From positions 849,640-913,639 of the forward strand of contig CAVWFS010000019.1 of assembly GCA_963754315.1 (NCBI GenBank): 64,000 bases of DNA, given 5' to 3'. The notes below the pieces were generated by a model that saw only the letters and a program-made list of their open reading frames with translations, had not been told where the DNA came from and made no database searches. This DNA is from an uncultured Candidatus Rokubacteria bacterium. GTDB lineage: Bacteria; Methylomirabilota; Methylomirabilia; Rokubacteriales; CSP1-6. The stretch's first letter is position 1, and each line of letters begins with the position of its first letter. Shown here piece after piece: positions 9,922 to 18,407 of this stretch. The position numbers and the translations under genes were made by a program.

Positions 9922-10791
9922 ATGAGGGTAGGAAGACTGATGCGGCTTTGGGCGGCAGTGGTGATGGCACTCGTCCTCTCGCCTTCGCCAGGGCCGGTGT
10001 CAGGCCAGGATGAAGTGCCGTATCGCATCGGACCGGACGATGTGCTTGTGGTTTCCGTCTGGGACAATAAGGATCTCGACCAGGAGGTATTCGTCCGGCC
10101 CGACGGCAAGGTCTCACTGCCCCTCGCGGGAGAAATCCAGGCCGGAGGCCTGACGGTCGCCGAACTCACCAGCAAACTTGCCGAGATCTACGGCAATTAC
10201 GTCCAAGGAGCGCGGGTGACGGTCGGAGTCCGGGAGATCCGGAGCCGTCCCATCTTCTTCGTGGGAGGCGTCGGGCGGGCAGGAGTCGGACCGGGCGGTC
10301 CCGCCACCGCCGCCGGCGCGGGGACTATGCAGCTCACTCAAGGGTTGCGGTTGCTTCAGGCAATCTCCCTGGCCGGTGGGCTGGTGCCTGGCGCGGATTT
10401 GGAGTCGTCGTTCGTGCTCCGCGGCGACAAACGCATCCCTGTCGATTTCGTCAAGCTCATCCAGAGGGGTGATCTGTCGCAGAACATTCGGCTCGAGCCC
10501 GGAGATACCATCGTGGTCCCGGTGGCGGACGGGGTGTTCGTGCAAGGTGAGGTGAGGACTCCGGGAATCGTCAGGTTTTCTAGGGATCTCACTATTGTGA
10601 GGGCCATCGCGCAGGCAGGGGGGTTCACACCGTTGGCGGCACCATCGAGGGTGACCGTGCTGAGAAATGAGGGTGGGAAGCGGGAAAATATCAAAGTCGA
10701 TGTCGCCGACCTCATCGACCGACCGCACGTCAAGGAAGACGTGCCGCTGAGGCCGAACGATATCGTCATTGTTCCTCAGAGGCTCTTCTAG
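9922..10791 (+). CDS. polysaccharide export protein (Wza/Poly_export + SLBB domains; PEP-CTERM-locus export protein-like)
   Basis: N-terminal signal peptide. 'YRIGPDDVLVVSVWDNKDLDQEVFVRPDGKVSLPLAGEIQAGGLTVAELTSKLAEIY' is the classic Poly_export motif; SLBB-like C-terminal half follows. Confidence 0.85.
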   Translation: MRVGRLMRLWAAVVMALVLSPSPGPVSGQDEVPYRIGPDDVLVVSVWDNKDLDQEVFVRPDGKVSLPLAGEIQAGGLTVAELTSKLAEIYGNYVQGARVTVGVREIRSRPIFFVGGVGRAGVGPGGPATAAGAGTMQLTQGLRLLQAISLAGGLVPGADLESSFVLRGDKRIPVDFVKLIQRGDLSQNIRLEPGDTIVVPVADGVFVQGEVRTPGIVRFSRDLTIVRAIAQAGGFTPLAAPSRVTVLRNEGGKRENIKVDVADLIDRPHVKEDVPLRPNDIVIVPQRLF

Positions 10792-12586
10792 ACATTGTCG
10801 CCCCGCCGCGGGGGGACGAGTCCTTCCGGCCTTGATCCTGACGGTATTGCTTGCTCCGGCAAGCGGGTTTTCGCAGCAGCCACCGATCATGTCCCAGACG
10901 CAGGTCGCGCCTCCGGCTCCCGGTCTGCCCGAATCACCAAGGTTTCTCCCCGAGCCTGGAGTGTTCCAGCCCTCGAGTCCGCCGTCCAGCGCGCCACAAA
11001 GGCCACCCGGGTTCCTCGAATCACCTAATTTCCTGCCCGCGCCAGGGCATCCACAACCGCCAGCGCCAGTGCCGGATCCGGCCGTACCTCAAACACCGAC
11101 ACAACTCGCCCCAGGCGTTCCCCAGATTGCTCCGGGACTGCCACTGCCGTCTTCGGGCGGGGTTCCCGGCTTCCCCGCCGCCCCGGGTTTTCAAGCGCCC
11201 GGACTGCCCGGATCGACGCTCAGCCCGGCGACTCCGACCTCCCCTACCCTGACGTTGCCGAACACACCCACCGCACCTCTAATTCCCTACGGACCGATCG
11301 GCCCGCGCCTCGGACCGGCAGATTCGCTGGCGACCCCTCCGCTGCCGCCGCTGCCCACGGTTCCCTCGGTCGCCCCTCTTTCGTTGCCGTACGGGGCTCT
11401 CGACGTGCCAGCGCGGGCCCGATTCACCCTGCTGCCAACACTAAGCCTCTTCGAGGAGTACTCGGACAACTTCAACCAGACCACGACGAACAAGCAGTCG
11501 AACTTTCGATCGGGAATCGCCCCCGGCCTAGCGGTCTTGTTCAGCGAGGGGCCGACGCAGGGCCTCGCCGGTATCACGTTGGCGGGTACCTACGACACCT
11601 CCGACGATGAATTCAGCCTGTTCCCCGCACTCTCAGCTCAGGTGAGTTGGCGGGCAACACCGCGTCTCATACTGACAGTGGCCAACAGCTTCACCGTGAG
11701 CGATCAGGCGACTCAAGCCGATACGTTGGGCCTGCGGACAGGGCGCGACCAGTATACGAGCAATCTCTTAGCAGTCACCGCCGATTACTTCTTCCCCACT
11801 GTCGCCATGCGCGGGTACTACCGGCTGGGAACCTTCTCGGGAATCGGCGGCAGTACCACCAACGCGGTTGGGCTAGGCGCAACCACGGCCTACGCGACAA
11901 ACGTCTTGAGCGTCGGCTACGAATACCTCAACAGCCGGAGCAGCGACGACCCCTCCCAGGACATCGATTCACAACTGGTCGTCGCTTCAGTGGGTCGACC
12001 GCTGAGTGCCCTGCTCTTTGCCGGCGTGGCTGCCTCCTACATCTACACCACCGAGAGCGAAAGCCAGGGGGGGAACTTCCAGATCGCGACCGTCGAGGTG
12101 TTCGGCCGTTACGTGATCCAGGGAAGGTGGCTGCTGAACGGCAGCATCGGGGTGAGCCAACTCTTCGCTGAGTCTGAGCCGAATAGAACCGTCCCGGCCG
12201 GATCTGGCAATCTCTCGTACTTCTTCCCGGATGGGGTGGCGACTATCGGCTTCAGCACGGGCTTCGCGAATACCTTCGCCTACGGCCAGAACTTCGGAGT
12301 CATCTACACGTCGGGCGTCACCGGCGCCGTGTCCTACCGTTTCACGCCGCTGATCTCCGGGTTCGCGGGTGCCTACTACCGAATCAATATTCCCGCCGAC
12401 GTCGGCGGCGGTCTCGATAGCATCAACAGAGACGTCCGCGGAGCGTCGATAGGCTTAGGAGTTCAGCTCCGTCCCTGGCTCAATCTTAATCTTGGTTACT
12501 CCTATATCGATCAGAGCAACCCGACCGGCGGGGCCCAACCCTTTACGGAGAATCGCGGTTTCATCTCCTTCAATGCAGCGTTCTAA
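10769..12586 (+). CDS. secreted protein with Pro-rich N-terminal linker and putative outer-membrane beta-barrel C-terminal domain (EPS-locus OM protein)
   Basis: TTG start in track. Signal-like 'VLPALILTVLLAPASGFSQ'. ~170-aa P/A/G-rich low-complexity segment. C-terminal ~400 aa has alternating hydrophobic pattern and ends in '...FNAAF' (aromatic terminal residue typical of OMPs). Overlaps 3' end of export gene. Confidence 0.55.
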   Translation: MFLRGSSRHCRPAAGGRVLPALILTVLLAPASGFSQQPPIMSQTQVAPPAPGLPESPRFLPEPGVFQPSSPPSSAPQRPPGFLESPNFLPAPGHPQPPAPVPDPAVPQTPTQLAPGVPQIAPGLPLPSSGGVPGFPAAPGFQAPGLPGSTLSPATPTSPTLTLPNTPTAPLIPYGPIGPRLGPADSLATPPLPPLPTVPSVAPLSLPYGALDVPARARFTLLPTLSLFEEYSDNFNQTTTNKQSNFRSGIAPGLAVLFSEGPTQGLAGITLAGTYDTSDDEFSLFPALSAQVSWRATPRLILTVANSFTVSDQATQADTLGLRTGRDQYTSNLLAVTADYFFPTVAMRGYYRLGTFSGIGGSTTNAVGLGATTAYATNVLSVGYEYLNSRSSDDPSQDIDSQLVVASVGRPLSALLFAGVAASYIYTTESESQGGNFQIATVEVFGRYVIQGRWLLNGSIGVSQLFAESEPNRTVPAGSGNLSYFFPDGVATIGFSTGFANTFAYGQNFGVIYTSGVTGAVSYRFTPLISGFAGAYYRINIPADVGGGLDSINRDVRGASIGLGVQLRPWLNLNLGYSYIDQSNPTGGAQPFTENRGFISFNAAF

Positions 12587-12623
12587 GCAGCATCGCTCCG
12601 ATGCCGGCGGTCTCTATGCGCAC

Positions 12624-14111
12624 TCAAGGCGAGAAAGTCAGCTCAGCGACGCTCAGGGCAACGATGTCGCCGAGATCGACGGCATTGTCGTTCAGGCTCC
12701 CCGGGCGGATCAGCGCCGAGAACACGCGGTAGACACCGCTGGCGATGACCCCAGCCGGGGGGAAAATGTACTGAAAAAAGCTCGAGGCATCGAGCTGGAA
12801 GCCAGGGGGGACGACCTGCATCGGCGACAGAGAGGTTGGCGCCGACAGCGATCCCGTCCGCTCGAGGACGCCGTGGCCAGAGAACAGGACCAGCGTCTTT
12901 CGGTCAGGGAGCAGGGCACCGACGTAGAGGTCCAGGGCCGAGCTGGCGTCCGGATTGTGTACCGACAATCCGAGGCTTAGCGTCTGCCCTGAGCCGAACC
13001 GAGTTCCATTGAGCCAGACTCGCGTGTTGGCAAGTAGGGCGGCGCTCGGTCGCAACACATAGGCGTCCTCGTCGACGTCCGTCACCGTCACCAACAGACC
13101 AAAACCGGGCACATGGCCCAATCGACCGAACATACCATTCGGCGACGCGGCCCCGGGGCCGCCGGAAACCGTTGCCGACGACCACGAACGAGTCTCTGTG
13201 TCGAGGAAGTAAACGATGTCCCCGCCGCTCCAGACTATCATCCGATCGGTATCCGGGTCGTAGGCGAGGCCTGGCGACGTGTTGTTCGCGAGCAGAGGCG
13301 TGCCCGGCCACTTCTCGCGAATGAACGAGCTCCCTGGCCCGATGTCGTAGACTGACACGCCTCCGTTGTTGTCGTCTGGTCCTCCGATGATGACGAGCTT
13401 GCTCCTCACCGGATCCACGGCACTCGTCATGTGGTAGTCAATGAAATTGTCACTGGCCAGCCGATCGTAACTGTTGGTTTCGAAGGTGTACGCGTAGAGA
13501 TCCCGAGAGTCATGCAGATATACTTTCTTCGAGTTCGGGTCGTATGCGGCCACCACTCCGGCGTCGGGACCTGGTTGTGGACCCGACGGATCCATCCGCT
13601 GCCAGATAAGGGACGGGAAGTGGAACGTCCACGTGACACGACTGAAGTGCCCCGGGCCACAGGCGAGGCTTCCACCGTACACGAAGAGCCGGTCGGCATG
13701 GGCAATGTAGGCCATGCCACCGTAGCTGTGCCGGGAATTGGGCCGCCCGTCCGCCAGCGTCTCCTGGCAGTCGCGAGTACCAATCGGTAAATTAGGCGGG
13801 CTCGGGTCGGTCAAGCGCTGGATCGTCCGCGTGGCCAGATCCAGTGCGTACAGCTCGTTTCCTGCGTAGTCGTTATGGCCGCCGCCCCACATGATAAGGC
13901 GGTCTCGAGTCGAGTCCACCACCCCACCGTTCCAAGCTAGGATCACGTTCTTGCAGCGCCCAGCAAAGTCGTAGTCCGGTGTGGACGGCGGGCACACCGC
14001 TCGCATCTTCGTGTTGGGAATGGCTGTCCAGCCGGAAGGAAAATCCTGCGCGTTGGCCCGCGATGCTTGCGGGGGAAGCAACCAGGGCACCAGGAGCATC
14101 ACGGTGGCCAT
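12624..14111 (-). CDS. secreted Kelch-like beta-propeller protein (family A) with C-terminal ~120-aa 'D' domain; galactose-oxidase-like architecture
   Basis: Signal peptide (start taken at M27 'MATVMLLVPWLL'). Repeated blade-like motifs (ILAWNGG, WGGGHNDY, FVYGGSL, LVIIGG, MIVWSGG). Paralog of 41582..42724 and of the N-terminus of 44606..49180. C-terminal domain shared with 15249..16891. Confidence 0.7.
   Translation of the reverse strand: MATVMLLVPWLLPPQASRANAQDFPSGWTAIPNTKMRAVCPPSTPDYDFAGRCKNVILAWNGGVVDSTRDRLIMWGGGHNDYAGNELYALDLATRTIQRLTDPSPPNLPIGTRDCQETLADGRPNSRHSYGGMAYIAHADRLFVYGGSLACGPGHFSRVTWTFHFPSLIWQRMDPSGPQPGPDAGVVAAYDPNSKKVYLHDSRDLYAYTFETNSYDRLASDNFIDYHMTSAVDPVRSKLVIIGGPDDNNGGVSVYDIGPGSSFIREKWPGTPLLANNTSPGLAYDPDTDRMIVWSGGDIVYFLDTETRSWSSATVSGGPGAASPNGMFGRLGHVPGFGLLVTVTDVDEDAYVLRPSAALLANTRVWLNGTRFGSGQTLSLGLSVHNPDASSALDLYVGALLPDRKTLVLFSGHGVLERTGSLSAPTSLSPMQVVPPGFQLDASSFFQYIFPPAGVIASGVYRVFSALIRPGSLNDNAVDLGDIVALSVAELTFSP
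12627..12989. repeat. IR-D copy 1: ~360-bp segment encoding C-terminal 'D' domain, inverted repeat partner at 16526..16888 (~85-90% identity)
   Basis: Encoded peptides 'GQTLSLGLSVHNP...VVPPGFQLDASSFFQYIFPPAGV...ALSVAELTFSP' vs 'GQTLNLGLSVHNP...VVPPGFQLDAPSFFQYTFPPAGV...ALSVVELSFAP'. Antisense track ORFs 12492..12980(+) and 16574..16906(-) are also similar, which shows nucleotide-level similarity. Confidence 0.7.
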
Positions 14112-14220
14112 CAGCAGATACCGAATCAAGTGAGCGTCCCTCCACTTGTGTCGTGGACACCAGGGATCGTGTCCCCAGCAGTGGTGCACGAGCGGTGATT
14201 CGCGGAGGGCAGGTGCCCCT

Positions 14221-15109
14221 TCAGTTCAGCACGGCCGACAGCCACACGGACTGATTGTCGCTGAGCGCGTGCAGCCCTTCAAGCTGCATATATTGCCGCT
14301 GCAGCTGCCACTCGTCGTTCGGCTCGAGCAGCGGCCCCCACCAGCCGGATGATCGCCGCCTCGTTGGGGAAAATTCCCACCACGTCCGTCCGCTAGCTTG
14401 CAGCGCTCCAGCGGATTGGTGCGATCGAGCCATGCCTGGGACCAGCGTCAGCCCCCCTTAGGGGGAACTTCTCCCGCAGCTGGCCGCTCACCGCGCCATT
14501 GAGCGATGGCCGCTCCCTGGCTCTCCTGGGCGAACACCGTGTTGATCAAGGCCAGGACCATCTACCGCTGCCCCTTGCCCGCGTGGGCCAGGGCCTTGCG
14601 GATGAAGTGCACCCGACACCGCTGCCAGCTCGCCTTGAGCACCTTGGCCACGGCTGCCCTCAACCCCTCGTGGGCATGGGAAATCACCAGCTTGACGCCA
14701 CGCAACCCCCGCCGGGTCAGGCTGCGCAGGACGCTGGTCCAAAACGGCTCCGCTTCGCTCGGCCCCACCACCAGCCCCAGCACCTCTCGCACCCCGTCGG
14801 TGTTCACCGCCACCGACACGATGCGCCCCGCCTCCCGCACCTTCACGTAGGTCGCATCGATCCACAGGTACGGCCAATCCCGTCCAGGGGTCGGTTCACG
14901 AATGTCCCGACCCGCTCGTCAATCTGACTGCACAGCCGCGAGACTTGACTCTTCGAGATGCCGCTCATCCCCAGCGCGCGGACCACCTCATCCACCGAGC
15001 GCGCGTCGACACCCCCTGGATGTACGCCTCTTGGATCACCAGGCAACTGGTGTCTACCTCGCCCGGGCGGCGGTTGGCTGGACCGACTCAAGCAAGGCGG
15101 GCACATCAC
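14221..15109 (-). mobile_element. degraded IS256-family transposase gene (frameshifts, in-frame stop, N-terminus missing)
   Basis: Track ORFs 14843..15109(-) '...VVRALGMSGISKSQVSRLCSQIDERVGTFVNRPLDG' and 14562..14846(-) 'KVREAGRIVSVAVNTDGVREVLGLVVGPSEAEPFWTSVLRSLTRRGLRGVKLVISHAHEGLRAAVAKVLKASWQRCRVHFIRKAL' match conserved IS256/mutator-type transposase blocks but are in different frames. Further downstream 'MVLALINTVFAQESQGAAIAQW' follows an in-frame TAG. 14221..14433(-) carries 'LLEPNDEWQLQRQYMQLEGLHALSD' (IS256 C-terminus) in yet another frame. Confidence 0.75.
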
Positions 15110-15407
15110 GCTTGTGTATCATGCTCGTCGGCTATCGAGCGGTGCCAACTCTACGGCGAAACGTGAGCCAGTGGCTGGACCAGGCGCCCCGGCTCGTCGC
15201 CGTGCATAGGGCAGTCGATGTTGCCAGTGATCCGCTCACCCCTGACCCTTGACGGCTGACCGCACAGGGTCGATCCTGATGGTCAGTGGGCATGGGGCGC
15301 CATTTCGAAAGAAGCACGCGGTGATTCGAGGCCGTCAGGCTGCGCTCGAGCTTCTCCTGTTCACCCTCGCCATATCTCTGCTGGTAGGAACCGCTCAGGG
15401 GCACACG

Positions 15408-16468
15408 ACTCCGATCGACATTCCGAGTGGGGTCTTCATTGCGCTGGAGCGGCCGGACTGGGGCCGGGGGCCGGCGCGGGAGACGAAGCACTCGACGTAC
15501 GCGCACAACCCGATCGACGGGCGGCTGTACCAGATGGGGGGGACTTTGGGGGGACGGTGGGGGGGTCGTCGTACCGGCAGGACATGTACTCGGTGTCGAT
15601 TGCGGAGCGGTGGGCGAGCCGGAACGACCGGAACGCGGGCTGGCGGCAGGAGTACCCGTACTGTGGGCCGGAGGGAGGGCGGCAGCCGAAGTCGCCGGAC
15701 TATGTCGGGTGGACGTGGGACACCAAGCGGCGGGTGTTCTGGAGCGTGCCGGGCACGTTTGTAATCCCGGCGGCGGTGTGTCCAGGCATCACGGCGAGCT
15801 GGGGGGACGACCCCCCGAAGTATTTGTTCAACCACCTGATGACCTTTGATCCCTTCGAGCCGGACCTGACCCAGCGCTGGCAGGACCGGGGGCGCGACAT
15901 TGGGCCGACGGCCGTGGACACGTGGATGAGCGTGTACGACGCGGGGACCGACAGTCTGATTCGCTTCGGGTGGGACGGGGCGCGCGGGGCGATGGTGAAC
16001 ATCTATGACATTACGGCCGGGCAGTGGACGGCGAAGTTGCTGGGGTTGAACGCGGTGGGGCAGGACATCCGGATCTTTAAGGAGATGCTGGCGGCGGACT
16101 GGGGGCAGCGGGTGATTTATGTGATCGACGGGATTGCGGGGCGGCTGCATCGCTACCGGGTAGATGGGCGGACGATCGAGGACCTGGGGGTGGTGCCGGG
16201 GGGCCCGATCGCCTATGCGGCCAACAATGATGCCTACGCGGTGTGGGACAGCCTGCACCGGGTGCTGTTCTTTTTCCGGATGGACACGAGCATCCTGCAC
16301 GTCTATCACCCGGACACGCAGGAGTGGGAGACGCCACCGCTGGTGACAGATCCGCCGGGGCTGACGCCGCACGTGCGGCACGCGGCGGTGTTCGACCCGT
16401 ACCAGAACGTGCTGGTCCTCCTGGGGACGACGGACACGGCGAACCCCTACATGTACCTGTACCGCTAT
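15408..16468. repeat. IR-B copy 1: ~1.06-kb segment ~97% identical (inverted) to 46406..47470 inside the giant gene
   Basis: Encoded proteins identical over long stretches (e.g. 'DIGPTAVDTWMSVYDAGTDSLIRFGWDGARGAMVNIYDITAGQWTAKLLGLNAVGQDIRIFKEMLAADWGQRVIYVIDGIAGRLHRYRVDGRTIEDLG'). Antisense/alternate-frame track ORFs are also near-identical (16243..16482+ vs 46293..46631-; 15395..16558- vs 45554..47050+), which proves DNA-level identity. Confidence 0.85.
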
Positions 16469-16525
16469 GCGGAAGAAGGTAGGCCGAGCACCCGGCTCTC
16501 CCTCAGTGGAATCCAGTTCCATGCG

Positions 16526-16888
16526 GGCCAGACGTTGAATCTCGGACTGTCCGTCCACAATCCCAACGAGAACTCACCTCTCGAGCTTTACGTCGGCGCC
16601 GTGCTTCCGGACGGGAAGACCCTGGTTCTGTTCTCTGGCCCCGGCGTCCTCGAGCGGACGGGATCGCTGTCCGCACTCGCCTCCCTGTCGCCGATGCAGG
16701 TCGTTCCCCCTGGCTTTCAGCTCGATGCACCGAGCTTTTTCCAGTACACGTTCCCCCCCGCCGGGGTCACTGCGAGCGGTGTCTACCGTGTGTTCTCGGC
16801 GTTGATCCGCCCGGCAAGCCTGGACGACAATGCCGTCGATCCCGACGATATCGTCGCCCTGAGCGTGGTCGAACTGAGTTTCGCGCCG
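16526..16888. repeat. IR-D copy 2 (partner of 12627..12989)
   Basis: See IR-D copy 1. Confidence 0.7.
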
Positions 16889-18168
16889 TGAGCATGCGCT
16901 GCACAATCACCTCAATGAGGTCTACTGCCATCGGGATACGGCCAGCCGTCCTCGTCATCCTCGCGATCGTCTTGCAACCCCTCTCGGTCAGCGCCAAGGA
17001 GATCGGACCCGAAGCGGACTGGTGCCGCGAGGCGAATACCCTGCCAGCCGGCGCTGAGCTCCTGCTACGTCCAGGCGACTACCACGGCCCTTGCACGATT
17101 CGGCGCGGGGAGGGAGGCGCGGGAGGGCCGATCTCCATTCGCGCCAAGGATCCCGACCGGCCCGCCCGCATCGTGTACTCCGGCGGCAGCCACAACGTGC
17201 TGAATATCCGTCGCGACGACGTGACCATCCGCGGTCTCGAATTCGGGCCGACACTACAGGATGTCGACGGCATCCGGATCTACGACGGCAACAGGATTAC
17301 CATCGAGGACTGCCACTTCTCGCAGATGGGTGGTATTGCCGTTGTGGCGAATTATGCCAACGTTCGCGACCTCACCATTCGGCGAAACGCCATCCGGCAT
17401 TCGAAGTCGACGGCGATGTACTTCGGGTGCCATGACGGGATCTCGTGCACCGCCTCCGATCTCGCTATCGAGCACAACTTTATCGACGGCGTTGATACCG
17501 AGCATGGGATCGGCTACGGCATCCAGATCAAACTCAACTCAACGGCAACCATCCGCGACAACGTGATCGTCAACACCAAGGGACCCGGCATCATGGTCTA
17601 CGGAGCGGCCGACCCCTCCCGCGTCAGCCTGGTAGAGAGGAACCTTGTGGCGGGCTCGCGCACCTCGTCGGGTATCGTGGTCGGCGGCGGTCCGGCGGTG
17701 GTTCGCAATAACGTCGCTCTCGCCAACGCCGAAGTCGGGGTCGGGCTTGAGGACTATCGCCGACGGGGACTCCTTCAGGGGATTCTAGTTGCTCACAACA
17801 CGCTGTACGGGAACAGCAAGGGCGCGATCGGCGTGCCCGCCTCCGGTCGCCTCGAAGCCAAAGTGATCAACAACGCGGCGCACGCCAAGGTCGGGACTCG
17901 GTCGTTGCCGGCCGACCGATCGGGTTTGCTCGCCAGGGGCAATGTCGACTGTTCCCTTGCCCCATGCTTCGGCAATCCGGAGGGGATGGACTTCTCGCCT
18001 CATGCCACCTCACCGCTCTTGGGTCGGGGGCGCCCCGAGGCTGACCAGAGGATGCCCGTAGACGACTACTTGGGGCGGCGGCGCGGAGGGTTGCCCACGC
18101 CCGGCGCATTCGACGGCGCGGCGGAGCCCCTTGTCATCGGCATCCAGCCGGGCGAGCGCCCTCGATGA
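16888..18168 (+). CDS. secreted right-handed parallel beta-helix (pectin-lyase-fold) protein, putative polysaccharide lyase/hydrolase (family C)
   Basis: Signal peptide. Repetitive beta-helix rungs ('NVLNIRRDDVTIRGLEF', 'IRIYDGNRITIEDCHF', 'IAVVANYANVRDLTIRRNAI', 'GIQIKLNSTATIRDNVI', 'GIVVGGGPAVVRNNVA'). ~45-50% identical to the C-terminal 380 aa of 44606..49180. Start overlaps stop of upstream gene (translational coupling). Confidence 0.7.
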   Translation: MSMRCTITSMRSTAIGIRPAVLVILAIVLQPLSVSAKEIGPEADWCREANTLPAGAELLLRPGDYHGPCTIRRGEGGAGGPISIRAKDPDRPARIVYSGGSHNVLNIRRDDVTIRGLEFGPTLQDVDGIRIYDGNRITIEDCHFSQMGGIAVVANYANVRDLTIRRNAIRHSKSTAMYFGCHDGISCTASDLAIEHNFIDGVDTEHGIGYGIQIKLNSTATIRDNVIVNTKGPGIMVYGAADPSRVSLVERNLVAGSRTSSGIVVGGGPAVVRNNVALANAEVGVGLEDYRRRGLLQGILVAHNTLYGNSKGAIGVPASGRLEAKVINNAAHAKVGTRSLPADRSGLLARGNVDCSLAPCFGNPEGMDFSPHATSPLLGRGRPEADQRMPVDDYLGRRRGGLPTPGAFDGAAEPLVIGIQPGERPR

Positions 18169-18375
18169 ACTCCCACGATCCACGCGCAAATGTGCTGCTC
18201 GTTTTGGGTCGTTGCTGCAATTTTTGCGGCTACCGACGGCAGAAATGTCTGATTCCCCGACGTTCGTTTCTCACTAATAGCCACTAACGCCTATCCCAAC
18301 CTGCCATCCGTGGAGCAACTCACGTGGCTGCGCCACATGGCTAACAAAATCAAACCCTTTCGTGACAGAACTCAA

Positions 18376-18390
18376 AGTGGCACCTGTCTT
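18376..18390 (+). promoter_or_regulatory. sigma-54 (RpoN) -24/-12 promoter element, TGGCAC-N5-TTGC, immediately upstream of EPS priming transferase gene
   Basis: Read directly: 'aaagTGGCACctgtcTTGCgacta', an exact match to GG-N10-GC spacing and consensus. ~18 bp upstream of GTG start at 18408. Two sigma-54 activators are encoded in the locus. Confidence 0.55.
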
Positions 18391-18407
18391 GCGACTAACC
18401 CACTCTC

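Larger units (their letters stand above)
15249..16891 (+). pseudogene. secreted propeller-like protein (family B) + C-terminal D domain, interrupted by a -1 frameshift in a poly-G tract (~15550-15565); pseudogene, phase-variable gene or homopolymer sequencing error
   Basis: Track ORF 15249..15764 encodes signal peptide + '...TPIDIPSGVFIALERPDWGRGPARETKHSTYAHNPIDGRLYQMGG' then goes out of frame. ORF 15557..16891 continues 'GGSSYRQDMYSVSIAERWASRNDRNAGWRQEYPYCGPEGG...' in the next frame. Intact paralogs (43322..44509 and middle of 44606..49180) read 'YQMGGDF(S/G)G(P/T)VGGSSYRQDMY' through the same point. Local sequence 'atgggggggactttggggggacggtgggggggtcg' has a 6-G run where 7 are needed. Confidence 0.65.
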
